A DNA stretch of 64,000 bases from Alphaproteobacteria bacterium (GTDB lineage Bacteria; Pseudomonadota; Alphaproteobacteria; UBA8366; Aestuariispiraceae): assembly GCA_040217575.1 (NCBI GenBank), contig JAVJPW010000008.1, forward strand, positions 139,787 through 203,786, given 5' to 3'. The notes under the pieces were generated by a model. That model worked only from the letters and a program-made list of their open reading frames with translations. It made no database searches and had not been told where the DNA came from. This document shows, piece after piece, positions 35,916-46,281 of this stretch (position 1 is its first letter; the number at the start of each line of letters is the position of its first letter). The position numbers and the translations under genes are program-made.

Positions 35916-37136
35916 GTGACGATCATGACGGCGCAGCTTCCCGATACGCGCTGGATGGCACGGACCGGTGCCGTCGCCGTCTTCGACGCGCTGGAAAGCG
36001 CGGGCGGAACCGTGCGGTTCGTCGGCGGGTGTGTGCGGGACTGTTTTCTGGGCCGCCCGGTCGGTGACATCGACCTGTGTACGGACATGGTGCCGGACAC
36101 GGTTCGGTCCACACTGGAAAATGCCGGCATTCGTGCGGTGCCGACCGGCATCGACTACGGGACGGTCACCGCCGTCGTCCATGGTGATCCGGTGGAGGTG
36201 ACAAGCCTGCGGCGCGATGTCGAAACGGACGGGCGCAGGGCCGTTGTCTCCTTTACCACGGATTTTCGCGAAGATTCCCTGCGACGCGATTTTACCATCA
36301 ATGCGCTTTATGCCGACAGGTCCGGCGCGGTTACGGATTTCCACGACGGGATTGCCGACCTGGCGGCACAGCGGCTTCGTTTTATCGGCGATGCGACGTC
36401 CCGGATTCGCGAGGATTATTTGCGCATTCTGCGCTTCTATCGCTTTCTGGGCCAACTGGAATTCGACATCCCGGACGACGAAAATCGTGATGCCTGCCGT
36501 GCCGAACGCAAAGGTCTGGCGCAGCTGAGCGCTGAACGCGTCGCGATGGAAATCCGTAAGATTTTGGGCGCACCAAACCCGTGCCCCGCCGTCGCGGCGA
36601 TGATGGAAGACGGGATTCTGGACTATTGGCTGCCGGAAGCGCGCGATATCGACGCATTGCGGTGCCTGAACGAAATCGAATTCGGGCCGGATCCTGTCCT
36701 CAGACTGGCGGTGCTGACCGCCGGGGCAACGCAGGCAGCGGACATTGCCGACCGGCTGAAACTGTCCGGCGTCGAACGGGATCGCCTGAGCGCGCTGGAC
36801 CCGAACATGACCGCGCCAGTTTCGGCGGCGCAAGTCCGCCGACTGGCCTATCGATTGGGACCGGAAGCCGCACGGGACCTTGGCCTTTTCGGGCGGGCAC
36901 GGGGACAGGATGAATGGACCATACTGGTCGAAACTGTCGAATGCTGGACACCGCCGTCCCTGCCGGTTCAGGGGCGTGACGTCCTGGACGCCGGCGTTCC
37001 GACAGGCCCCGACGTTGGGCGAATATTGGACAGGGTTGAAACATACTGGATCGAAAGTGATTTTGAACCGGACCGGTCCGCGCTTATGGAACTGGTGCGG
37101 GAAGCCGCAAAAGAAGGGGGAGGAAGCCAAAAGTGA
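35916..37136 (+). CDS. CCA tRNA nucleotidyltransferase / poly(A) polymerase family
   Basis: FVGGCVRD...DIDL, EVTSLRRD, RRDFTINA, EDYLRILR, SAERV. Confidence 0.92.
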   Translation: MTIMTAQLPDTRWMARTGAVAVFDALESAGGTVRFVGGCVRDCFLGRPVGDIDLCTDMVPDTVRSTLENAGIRAVPTGIDYGTVTAVVHGDPVEVTSLRRDVETDGRRAVVSFTTDFREDSLRRDFTINALYADRSGAVTDFHDGIADLAAQRLRFIGDATSRIREDYLRILRFYRFLGQLEFDIPDDENRDACRAERKGLAQLSAERVAMEIRKILGAPNPCPAVAAMMEDGILDYWLPEARDIDALRCLNEIEFGPDPVLRLAVLTAGATQAADIADRLKLSGVERDRLSALDPNMTAPVSAAQVRRLAYRLGPEAARDLGLFGRARGQDEWTILVETVECWTPPSLPVQGRDVLDAGVPTGPDVGRILDRVETYWIESDFEPDRSALMELVREAAKEGGGSQK

Positions 37137-37771
37137 GCATCGTCAGGATCTGTTTTTTCGGGGACAGCATTACGGTCGGGACCGGCGACGGTGCCTGCCG
37201 TGGTTGGCCGTCCTACCTGTGCGAGGCGTCGACAAACGACGGTCATGACATCAGCTGCTACAATCTGGGCATTCGGGCCGAAACGTCGGTCGATGTGGCA
37301 AAGCGATGGCGGATAGAGGCGGAGCCGCGCCTGCCGCCCCACGTGAACGGGCGTCTGGTATTCAGTTTCGGTCTGAATGACGGTGCGGATGCCTTGGGGG
37401 TCGGCCGCCGGGTCGCGCCGGAAGACAGCCTTTCCACGGTCAGCGCCATGCTGGCGGAAGCCGCGGCGTGGCAAAAAACCCTGTGGGTCGGCATGACACC
37501 GCCGCGGATCGAACCGCCTTCAATCGAACCGGGGCCCGGCGTCCGCTTCACCTTCTATCGCGAACGCATGGCGGACCTGAACGAAAGATTCAAAGCCACC
37601 GCCGCGAAGTTGGGCATCGACTATATTGATCTGTTCAGCGCGCTGGAAGACATGCCGGACTGGAACCGGGACATGGAAGCCGGGGACGGGGTGCACCCGA
37701 CTGCGGCCGGGCACCAAATGATGGCGGACATCGTCCGCGGCACCGACGCCTGGCAGAACCTGCTGTCCTGA
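37133..37771 (+). CDS. SGNH/GDSL hydrolase
   Basis: FFGDSITVG, NLGI, FGLND, DGVHP. Confidence 0.88.
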   Translation: MSIVRICFFGDSITVGTGDGACRGWPSYLCEASTNDGHDISCYNLGIRAETSVDVAKRWRIEAEPRLPPHVNGRLVFSFGLNDGADALGVGRRVAPEDSLSTVSAMLAEAAAWQKTLWVGMTPPRIEPPSIEPGPGVRFTFYRERMADLNERFKATAAKLGIDYIDLFSALEDMPDWNRDMEAGDGVHPTAAGHQMMADIVRGTDAWQNLLS

Positions 37772-37828
37772 CAGACCCCGGCGCGGGCCACCCGAGCCAT
37801 CGGCTGCAAAAAGAAAAACGAAAGAAAA

Positions 37829-37856
37829 AAGGCCGGGGGCAAATGCCCCCGGCCTT
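37829..37856 (-). terminator. Intrinsic terminator of minus-strand binding-protein gene
   Basis: AAGGCCGGGGGCA-N2-TGCCCCCGGCCTT followed by a T-rich run on the minus strand. Confidence 0.8.
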
Positions 37857-37887
37857 AAAACCAACCAAATCGACTTTTCGATCCGGC

Positions 37888-39501
37888 TTATGCTTCGAAC
37901 CACCAGCGGTGTGTGGCGCGTGCACCATCGGATTCCCAGCTGGACGCGATGCTGGGTCCGTGGCGAACGTTCTTCCGGCGACCGCCGACGAAGTTGGTGA
38001 ACATCGGAATGATGGTCCCGCCGTCGTCTTTAGCGAGGATGCACATTTCGCGATACATCTCCGCACGCAGCGCTTCGTCCGTCTCGCTCTTCGCCATGAT
38101 AAGAAGTTCGTTGAACCGTTCGTTCTGCCAGTGCGACTCATTCCACGGCGCATCGTCCTTGTACGCGATGGAGAACATCTGGTCCGGGGTCGCGCGTGCG
38201 CCCCATTTCACGAACACGAACGGCTTGGTCAGCCATACGTCGCCCCAGTAGCCGTCCGCCGGTTCGCGAACCGGCGTGATGTCCAGGCCGGTACCGTTGG
38301 CGTGTTCCCGGAAAAGGGTGACCATGTCGACCGCGCCCGGATAGACGCTGTCGGACGCCGACAGATTGATGCTCAGGCTGGAATGACCGGCCTGTTCCAG
38401 ATGCCATTTCGCCTTGTCGGGATCATAGGGGCGCTGTTCCAGACCTTCGGGGTAATAGGGCATGTTGGGGGAGACATGGAAGTCATTGCCGACTGTTGCC
38501 GTGCCGAAGGCGATCTTTTCAATGATTTCCTCGCGGTTGATCGCGTATTTCAGCGCCAACCGAACATTGACGTCGTCGAACGGCGCCGTGTCGCAGAACA
38601 TCGGCAACGTGATCGCCGATCCGCTGGGAACATCGTCGATTTCGACATCCGGGCTGCGCGCCAGAAGCGACAGCGTTTTCAGATCGACAGAGGTAATGGC
38701 GTCCACATCGCCCGTGACCAGTGCGGTCTGACGGGCGTTCGGGTCGTTCAGAATGGTGACTTCGATTTCATCGAAATAGGCGCCTTCGCGATGCCAACCG
38801 TCATGACGTTCCAGAATGCCGCCGATCCCGAATTGCCAGTCCCGAATCTTGTACGGGCCGGACCCCATACCGGACTCCCAGTCGATGGAGCCGTCTTCGT
38901 TGGCCGGGCAGATGACCGCATGGTAATCGGTAAAGAACCACGGCAGGTCCGCCACCCCTTCGGAAAGGGTTAGCTTGATCGCATGGTCGCCATCCGCCTG
39001 GACATCTTCGATGGGGGAGAATAGCGCCTTCACCGCGGACGTGGAATCGTCGCCGCGGTGATGGTTGATGGACGCGATCACATCGTTGGAGGTCACCGGG
39101 CGTCCGTCGTGGAAAGTCGCATCCTTGTTGATTTCAAATACCCACTGCGTCGCACCCTCGGATGAACTCCAGGAGTCCGCCAGATCCGGGCCAAGACCGT
39201 TTTCAGACGTGATTTCGGTCAAATAGCTGCGGAACGTGTGCGCAAGTTGGATGTGCTGGACACTGTAATAGGTTCCGGGATCGTGGGTGTCGCTGGTATT
39301 GCCGTCATGGACCCCGAATTTGAAGGTGCCGCCGTTTGTTGGCGTCGACGCCGCAACGCGTTCGCTCCACATCGTCGATGCGGCCGCGGCGGTAAGGCCA
39401 GCGGTCACCGCATGATTCATGAATTGGCGGCGATCAAGTTTCCGGCCCTTCGCCGCCTCTACGATGCGGTCCAAGGTCCGTTTGGTTTCATAATCTTGCA
39501 T
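37888..39501 (-). CDS. ABC transporter substrate-binding protein, family 5 (Tat-exported), copy 1
   Basis: Twin-arginine DRRQF signal; GVHDGNTSDTHDPG, PDLADSW, GSGPYK; start MQDYETK with GGGAG RBS. Confidence 0.92.
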   Translation of the reverse strand: MQDYETKRTLDRIVEAAKGRKLDRRQFMNHAVTAGLTAAAASTMWSERVAASTPTNGGTFKFGVHDGNTSDTHDPGTYYSVQHIQLAHTFRSYLTEITSENGLGPDLADSWSSSEGATQWVFEINKDATFHDGRPVTSNDVIASINHHRGDDSTSAVKALFSPIEDVQADGDHAIKLTLSEGVADLPWFFTDYHAVICPANEDGSIDWESGMGSGPYKIRDWQFGIGGILERHDGWHREGAYFDEIEVTILNDPNARQTALVTGDVDAITSVDLKTLSLLARSPDVEIDDVPSGSAITLPMFCDTAPFDDVNVRLALKYAINREEIIEKIAFGTATVGNDFHVSPNMPYYPEGLEQRPYDPDKAKWHLEQAGHSSLSINLSASDSVYPGAVDMVTLFREHANGTGLDITPVREPADGYWGDVWLTKPFVFVKWGARATPDQMFSIAYKDDAPWNESHWQNERFNELLIMAKSETDEALRAEMYREMCILAKDDGGTIIPMFTNFVGGRRKNVRHGPSIASSWESDGARATHRWWFEA

Positions 39502-39910
39502 CTGTTGCTTTCTCCCTGTTGCAATCAGTTTTACTTCTGAAGGCCGCGAACAACGGGTCCGCAGGACCTGCACATTCCGGGGCAAACTCTGTTTTTCTTG
39601 TGGAACTCTTACACGAAATAAATCGCGTGCGAAGCCTGGGGACCGCCCGCCTTCGAAAATATTTTTGTTGCCCCATTCAGTGGTGGACCTTGGTTCGCAC
39701 CTTACAACATATCGCTGCACCACTGTCCGGCTACTCGATTAGCGAATGCTTCCATACTACTTGCGACCGTTTCGTGAACACAGGAATCCGAAAACCGAAT
39801 TCCCAAGATCTCATGCATCCCGTAATTGAAAGAAAATCACAGACCGCCTCATAAATCTTTTTATATAAGAAAAATATGAAAAAGCGCATTAACCATTCCT
39901 ATGCAGCCAA

Positions 39911-39926
39911 ATTCATAATAATGAAT
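39911..39926. promoter_or_regulatory. Palindrome ATTCAT-N4-ATGAAT (LysR-box-like) in the divergent promoter region
   Basis: Perfect inverted repeat containing T-N11-A; CAACATGTTG palindrome nearby at 39936-39945. Confidence 0.45.
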
Positions 39927-40091
39927 CTTAAAAGGCAACATGTTGTACATAGGTTAAATCACCCCCCAATCATATGGGGCGCCTTCAAATATTGGTGAAA
40001 TCGCCAACGCGAAGGGGTTGCAGGTAAGTTTTTTTATGTAAGACTTCACGTTCATAATTACAAAATTCCACAACAGAACAGCGGAGGGGTT

Positions 40092-41711
40092 ATGTCCGAG
40101 GGTAAATACAATGAAATGATCGAGCGTATGGCGGAGGAGGCCCGTCGCGGCCGCCTGTCGCGGCGTGATTTTACGCGCTACGCTGTCGCCGCCGGGCTTG
40201 GCACTTCGGTCGCGGCAAGCGCCTGGAAATCCAAAGTCGCCATGGCGGCACCGCAAAGCGGCGGCACATTCCGTTTGGGAACCCATGACGGTAACACGTC
40301 GGACAGCCACGATCCCGGCACCTATCTCAGCTTCTCGATCATTCAGCTGGCACACACCTATCGCAGCTACCTGACGCAGATTAATCCCGACAACACGCTT
40401 GGCGGCGACCTTGCGGAAAGCTGGTCCGCGTCTGACGACGCGACCGAGTGGACGTTCGAACTGAACCCCGGCGCATCCTTCCACAGCGGCAAGCCGGTGA
40501 CGGCGGATGACGTCATCGCGTCGATGAACCTGCATCGCGGCGAAGACAGTACGTCCGCGGCAACCGCGCTTCTGAAAGATGTGGAAGACATCACCAAGAA
40601 CGGTAACCATTCGGTGACATTCAAGCTGGCGACCGGCAATGCGGACCTGCCATGGTTGATGACCGACTATCACCTGGCGATCGTACCGGGCAATTCGGAC
40701 GGTACCGCCAACTGGCAGGGTGGTGACGGGTCCGGCCCCTACAAGATTGTGGATCACGAGTTCGGTGTCGGCACCAAACTGGAACGCCATGACGGCTGGC
40801 ACGGGGAAGGCGCCTATTTCGATTCGGTCGAAATGACCGTCCTGAACGACCCGAACGCCCGTCAGACGGCACTGGTCACCGGGGACGTGGACGCGATCAC
40901 GCAGCTTGAATTGCGCACCCTTGCCCTGTTGCAGCGCGACCCGAACATCGAAATCGACAATGTGCCCAGTGGTGCGGCAATCACCATGCCGATGCATTGT
41001 GACACGGCGCCGTTCGACAATGTCGATGTCCGGAACGCCCTGAAACTGGCGATCAACCGGGAAGACATTATCGAAAAGATCGCGTTCGGCACGGCCATTC
41101 CGGGGAATGATTTCCACGTTTCGCCGAACATGCCCTACCACCCGGGCGATTCGATCCCGCAGCGGACATATGATCCGGATCAGGCCCGATCCCTTCTGCA
41201 GCGTGCCGGTGCGGAGGACCTGACGGTCAATATTTCCGTTGCCGACAGCGTCTATTCCGGTGCGGTCGACATGTGCGTCCTTTATGCGGAACATGCAAAG
41301 GAAGCGGGGATCACCATCAATGTCGTGCGGGAACCGAACGACGGATATTATTCCGACGTCTGGCTGACGAAGCCGTTCTGCATGGTTCAGTGGGGCGCGC
41401 GGCCGACACCGGACGTCATGCTGAGCCTGGCCTACAAGGATGACGCGGCCTGGAACGAAAGCCGTTGGCAGAACGAACGGTTCAATGAACTGCTGCGTGC
41501 GGCCAAGGCGGAACTCGATCAGGATGTCCGCGCGGCGCAATATGCGGAAATGTGCCAACTGGCCCGTGACGACGGCGGCACCATCATCCCGATGTTCACC
41601 AACTTCGTCTATGCACGGCGCAAGAACGTCCAGCACGGACCTGACCTTGCCGCCTCGTGGCAGTGTGACGGTGCGCGGGCGTGCAGCCGCTGGTGGTTCG
41701 ACGACGCGTAA
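40092..41711 (+). CDS. ABC transporter substrate-binding protein, family 5 (Tat-exported), copy 2
   Basis: SRRDF Tat motif; GTHDGNTSDSHDPG, GDLAESW, GSGPYK; GGAGGGG RBS. Confidence 0.93.
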   Translation: MSEGKYNEMIERMAEEARRGRLSRRDFTRYAVAAGLGTSVAASAWKSKVAMAAPQSGGTFRLGTHDGNTSDSHDPGTYLSFSIIQLAHTYRSYLTQINPDNTLGGDLAESWSASDDATEWTFELNPGASFHSGKPVTADDVIASMNLHRGEDSTSAATALLKDVEDITKNGNHSVTFKLATGNADLPWLMTDYHLAIVPGNSDGTANWQGGDGSGPYKIVDHEFGVGTKLERHDGWHGEGAYFDSVEMTVLNDPNARQTALVTGDVDAITQLELRTLALLQRDPNIEIDNVPSGAAITMPMHCDTAPFDNVDVRNALKLAINREDIIEKIAFGTAIPGNDFHVSPNMPYHPGDSIPQRTYDPDQARSLLQRAGAEDLTVNISVADSVYSGAVDMCVLYAEHAKEAGITINVVREPNDGYYSDVWLTKPFCMVQWGARPTPDVMLSLAYKDDAAWNESRWQNERFNELLRAAKAELDQDVRAAQYAEMCQLARDDGGTIIPMFTNFVYARRKNVQHGPDLAASWQCDGARACSRWWFDDA

Positions 41712-41970
41712 CATCCCATAGTCAGCCGGTCATTTGACCGGCCAAACGCAGGAAGGGCGGGCGTTCGGGTAATTCACCGTCGCCCGCCCAACGCGTTTCG
41801 GACGCAATTTGGTTATTATTCGGCGCGTTTATGAATAATCACCGACTCTATGACCATAATATGATATCGGTGTACCCATGTCCGTGCGCTGCGCCTAAAC
41901 AGACAACAATGCCTCAAACAAGGGCAATGGCGTGATTTGCGCGGACCATAACGTTCAATAGGGGGATTTA

Positions 41971-42927
41971 ATGGGTGACGTCCTAGGAATAATAGTAAAG
42001 CGGCTGGGATTGGGGTTGGTCACACTTTTCGTGATTTCAATCATCATCTTCAGCGCGGTCGAAATGCTACCGGGGGATCCGGCACAAGCGGTGCTTGGAC
42101 AGGGGGCCACGGAAGAAAACCTGGCGGCAATGCGCCGTCAGATGGGTTTGGATATGCCGGCGCCCTTGCGCTACCTGGACTGGCTGTCCGGGGCCGTTAT
42201 CGGTGACTTCGGTAACTCGTTGATCACGCAAGACCCTGTCAGCGAACGTATTGGCCCACGGTTTGCCAACACGCTGTTCCTGGCCTGCTATGCCGCGGCG
42301 ATTGCCGTGCCGATATCCATCGTGCTGGGGGTGATCGTGGCGCTGCTTCGCAACACGCTGTTCGACCGTGTGGCGAACGTCCTGACACTGACATCCATAT
42401 CCTCACCCGAGTTCTTTCTGGGGTACATCCTTATTTTGTACCTATCGGTGAAAAGCGGAATGTTCCCATCGTTGGCTTCGCTGAACGATGACATGACATT
42501 CGGCGAATTGCTTCATCGAACGTTCCTGCCTGCCTTGACGATGGTTCTGGTCGTCGTCGCGCATATGATGCGTATGACGCGGGCGGCCATCATCAACCTG
42601 CTCGCCTCACCCTATATCGAAATGGCGCGGCTGAAGGGGATGCCGGCCTGGAAAGTCATCGTTAAACATGCCCTCCCGAACGCCTGGGCGCCGATCATCA
42701 ACGTGATCGCGTTGAACCTGGCCTACCTGATCACCGGCGTGGTCCTGGTCGAGGTGGTGTTCGTCTATCCCGGCATTGGACAGCTTTTGGTCGACAGTGT
42801 GACCAAACGCGACTTCGCAATCGTCCAGGCCTGTTGTTTGATCTTTGCCGCGACGTTCATCCTCTTGAACCTGACGGCCGACGTGCTCGCGATTCTGACG
42901 AATCCGCGTCTGCGTCATAAGAAGTAA
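41971..42927 (+). CDS. ABC permease, DppB/OppB-like
   Basis: GLDMPAPLRYLDWL, PEFFLG, PYIEMARLKG, HALPNA, VEVVFVYPGIG. Confidence 0.93.
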   Translation: MGDVLGIIVKRLGLGLVTLFVISIIIFSAVEMLPGDPAQAVLGQGATEENLAAMRRQMGLDMPAPLRYLDWLSGAVIGDFGNSLITQDPVSERIGPRFANTLFLACYAAAIAVPISIVLGVIVALLRNTLFDRVANVLTLTSISSPEFFLGYILILYLSVKSGMFPSLASLNDDMTFGELLHRTFLPALTMVLVVVAHMMRMTRAAIINLLASPYIEMARLKGMPAWKVIVKHALPNAWAPIINVIALNLAYLITGVVLVEVVFVYPGIGQLLVDSVTKRDFAIVQACCLIFAATFILLNLTADVLAILTNPRLRHKK

Positions 42928-42939
42928 GGGAGGGGGAGC

Positions 42940-44004
42940 ATGAATTACTTCGTAATCGGATACTACGCGCTTCTGATTGGGGCGTCGTGCTACTTCGCAA
43001 GCACCGGCAAACGCGGACCGTTCATGACGATCTTCTCGCTGACGCTGGTGTCGTTCATCGTCGGCATCGTCGGCGGCGAAAGCGCGCTTTGGACGGTCAC
43101 CATACTTGCAGGCATCATCGCCTTCTCGGCCGGGACCGCCTATGCGTTCCGGGAGTTTCTGATCGTGATCACACCGTCGGAAACCCAGAAGGCACTGCGC
43201 ACGGCGCCACTGACGGCCAGCTTCGGCATGTTCGTCATCATGACCTATGCGATCGCGGGGATCTTTGCCCCGATCATCGCGCCCTTCTCGGAATCGGAAG
43301 TCATCGGTGCCGCCTTTGCCCCGGCGGACGAAACCATGCTGCTGGGGGGCGACCAGTTGGGTCGCGACCTGTTCAGCCGCCTGGTCTATGGCGCGCGGAA
43401 CACAGTCGGCCTGGCGTTGGTCGCCACGATTGCCGCCTTCGTCATGGGGGCCATCGCCGGCCTTCTGGCGGCGACAAAGGGCGGATGGTTCGATCAGTTC
43501 ATGGGCCGGGTCGCCGACGTGATCATGTCGATCCCGTCACTGATCTTTGCCCTGCTGATGCTTTCCATTTTCGGGACAAACCTGATCGTCCTGGTCATCA
43601 TCATCGCGGTGATCTATTCGCCCCGCGTGTTCCGGCTTACACGGGCCGTCGCGGGCAACATCGTCGTCATGGACTATATCGAAGCCGCCCGGTTGCGCGG
43701 TGAAGGGATGTGGTACCTGATCCGCAAGGAGATTTTGCCGAACTCCACCGCACCGCTGATCGCGGAATTCGGACTTGAGTTCTGTTTCGTCTTCCTGCTG
43801 CTGTCCGGCCTGTCCTTCCTGGGTCTCGGCATTCAGCCGCCGACCGCGGACTGGGGGTCGATGGTGCGCGAGAATGCGACGCTGATCTCGTTCGGTGAAA
43901 TCACGCCGCTGATTCCGGCTGCCGCGATTGCCTTGCTGACGGTGGCGGTCAACTTCGTTGTCGACTGGATGCTCTTCCGTTCATCCGGCCTGAAGGAGCA
44001 ATAA
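42940..44004 (+). CDS. ABC permease, DppC/OppC-like with extra N-terminal TM segments
   Basis: LGGDQLGRDLFSRLVYGAR, YIEAARLRG, LSFLGLGIQPPTADWG. Confidence 0.92.
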   Translation: MNYFVIGYYALLIGASCYFASTGKRGPFMTIFSLTLVSFIVGIVGGESALWTVTILAGIIAFSAGTAYAFREFLIVITPSETQKALRTAPLTASFGMFVIMTYAIAGIFAPIIAPFSESEVIGAAFAPADETMLLGGDQLGRDLFSRLVYGARNTVGLALVATIAAFVMGAIAGLLAATKGGWFDQFMGRVADVIMSIPSLIFALLMLSIFGTNLIVLVIIIAVIYSPRVFRLTRAVAGNIVVMDYIEAARLRGEGMWYLIRKEILPNSTAPLIAEFGLEFCFVFLLLSGLSFLGLGIQPPTADWGSMVRENATLISFGEITPLIPAAAIALLTVAVNFVVDWMLFRSSGLKEQ

Positions 44005-44005
44005 G

Positions 44006-45661
44006 ATGACAAAAAGGAAAGACGTCCTTCTGACGATCAAGGACCTTCGCATCGAAGGGTACTCCGACGAAAAATGGGTAGAGATCGTCCACGGTGTCGA
44101 CCTGACCCTGCACCGCGGTGAGGTCATGGGCCTGATCGGGGAGTCGGGGGCCGGCAAGTCCACAATCGGGCTGGCGGCCATGGGATTTGCCCGGGACGGC
44201 TGCCGGATTTCCGGCGGATCGGTCGAATTCGACGGGATGGAACTGACGACGACGCCCGAACGGGACCGGCGTGCGCTTCGTGGATCGCGGATCGCCTATG
44301 TGGCGCAATCCGCGGCCGCGTCGTTCAATCCGGCCCACAAGCTGATCGACCAGCACACGGAGACGCCAACCCACTACCGGATCATGAAACGTATGGAGAG
44401 CCAGGAAGACGCCATGCGTCTTTACGAACGCCTGCGTCTTCCCAATCCGGATGAAATCGGGTTCCGCTATCCGCACCAGGTGTCGGGCGGTCAGCTTCAG
44501 CGGGCGATGACGGCCATGGCAATGGCCTGTCGTCCGGACCTGATCATCTTCGACGAACCGACGACGGCACTCGACGTGACGACCCAGATCGAAGTTCTGT
44601 TGGCAATCCGCGATATCGTGGAGCAGTTCAACACGGCGGCGATCTACATCACGCACGACCTGGCGGTCGTGGCCCAGATGGCGGACACGATCAAGGTCCT
44701 GCTGAAAGGGCACGAGGTGGAGGAATCGGACACGCGTTCGATGCTGTCCAACCCGAAGGAAGACTATACGAAGTCGCTTTGGGCAGTGCGCAGCTTCCAG
44801 CGGGAACAGAAACCGCGCCCTTCGGACGGTCAGCCGCCGGTCGTGTCGGTCAAGAACGTGTCCGCCGCCTACGGACCGGTCAAGGTTCTGGAAGACGTGT
44901 CGTTTGACGTCTATGCCGGAATGACCGTCGCGGTCGTGGGGGAATCCGGTTCGGGCAAGTCGACGACGGCACGGGTGATCACCGGCCTTCTGCCACCCTA
45001 TGAAGGGCACGTGGAGTTCAAGGGGGAGACCCTTCCGCCAAGCTACAAACAGCGGTCGAAGGATCAATTGCGTCAGGCGCAGATGATCTATCAGATGGCG
45101 GATACGGCCCTGAACCCGAAGGTCCGGATTTGTGACATCATCGGCCGGCCGGCGGAGTTCTATGAAGGCCTGAAAGGGGCCGAACTCAAAAGCCGGGTCG
45201 ACGAACTGCTGGATCTGATCGAACTGGACCCGTCCAGGTATTACAGCCGTTTTCCGGCGGAGCTATCGGGCGGCCAGAAACAGCGCATCGGGATTGCCCG
45301 GGCGCTGGCGGCGAACCCCACCTTCATCATCTGTGACGAGGTAACGTCCGCCCTGGATCAGCTGGTGGCCGAAGGGATCCTGAAGCTGCTGGATCGACTG
45401 CAGAAGGAATTGAACCTCGCCTATATGTTTATCACCCACGACCTTGCGACGGTGCGTTCCATCGCCGACGAGGTGGTTGTGATGAAACAGGGACAGGTGG
45501 TCGAACAGGGGCCGAAGAACGAAATGTTCACGCCGCCCCATCACCCCTACACCGACCTTCTTTTGTCATCGGTTCCGGAGATGGATCCCGACTGGTTGAC
45601 AAAGGTTGTCGAGGAGCGCGGTGCCGCCAATATCGGCGAAGACGCGATGAAGGAGGCATAA
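44006..45661 (+). CDS. ABC ATP-binding protein, fused double ATPase (DppD/F-like)
   Basis: GESGAGKS and GESGSGKS Walker A; YPHQVSGGQLQR; ELSGGQKQR; DEPTTALD and DEVTSALD. Confidence 0.95.
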   Translation: MTKRKDVLLTIKDLRIEGYSDEKWVEIVHGVDLTLHRGEVMGLIGESGAGKSTIGLAAMGFARDGCRISGGSVEFDGMELTTTPERDRRALRGSRIAYVAQSAAASFNPAHKLIDQHTETPTHYRIMKRMESQEDAMRLYERLRLPNPDEIGFRYPHQVSGGQLQRAMTAMAMACRPDLIIFDEPTTALDVTTQIEVLLAIRDIVEQFNTAAIYITHDLAVVAQMADTIKVLLKGHEVEESDTRSMLSNPKEDYTKSLWAVRSFQREQKPRPSDGQPPVVSVKNVSAAYGPVKVLEDVSFDVYAGMTVAVVGESGSGKSTTARVITGLLPPYEGHVEFKGETLPPSYKQRSKDQLRQAQMIYQMADTALNPKVRICDIIGRPAEFYEGLKGAELKSRVDELLDLIELDPSRYYSRFPAELSGGQKQRIGIARALAANPTFIICDEVTSALDQLVAEGILKLLDRLQKELNLAYMFITHDLATVRSIADEVVVMKQGQVVEQGPKNEMFTPPHHPYTDLLLSSVPEMDPDWLTKVVEERGAANIGEDAMKEA

Positions 45662-45690
45662 GCCACCCCATCGCCTGCGTGGCGCAATGC

Positions 45691-45727
45691 AAAAACCCGC
45701 CCCACTGTAATGGTGGGGCGGGTTTTT
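45691..45727. terminator. Bidirectional intrinsic terminator
   Basis: AAAAACCCGCCCCAC-N7-GTGGGGCGGGTTTTT between convergent genes. Confidence 0.85.
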
Positions 45728-45804
45728 CTTGTTCGCGGATGGCGGCTTCGCGCCATGGTCGGACCGATTACGGTCCGCTCAGAAACTCTTTGTCTGGATG
45801 GGTG

Positions 45805-45924
45805 TCAGATGATCGCAGATGCGGAAAGCACCATGCCGCCGATGATGACTGCATAGACGCCAACAACCGCCGGCCAATCAGCGGCGTTGTTCCGGAACTC
45901 ACGGATCAGGTCGTCTTTGTTCAT
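45805..45924 (-). CDS. Small single-TM protein, 39 aa (not in ORF track)
   Basis: MNKDDLIREFRNNAADWPAVVGVYAVIIGGMVLSASAII; GAGGAG RBS upstream; host-like codons; points into the bidirectional terminator. Confidence 0.65.
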   Translation of the reverse strand: MNKDDLIREFRNNAADWPAVVGVYAVIIGGMVLSASAII

Positions 45925-46281
45925 CGTCCATCTCCTCTTGCGTGCCGTGCCAGGGTCTTACCGCGCTAGAGGTCTTCAATTGAGGCTGGTTCACCAGATC
46001 CAATGCCTCGCTACAGGCCCCATGTACTCCTTCCATGAAAAACTTCAATAAAGAACCGACATTCGGCCATTGCATGAGACGCATGACCCTGGAGCGGTTT
46101 CTGCATAGCGCCCATAAGCTTCTGAAATCACTTCCCAAAGAATCAAATCTGCCCGCCGATTTCCCGACAGAAACGGGCGAAAATCCGGACAATTTTAGGC
46201 AGTTTTGGGCTTATCGCGCCGAAGTCGATACGGCATAGTCCAAACAAGGGTTTTTCAAACGAACAGGGTCGGGCGCCGGTA

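Noticed and set aside
46035-46238. 67-aa ORF upstream of the dipeptidase-like gene
   Set aside because: AT-rich promoter-like context, no RBS, atypical codons; more likely regulatory DNA
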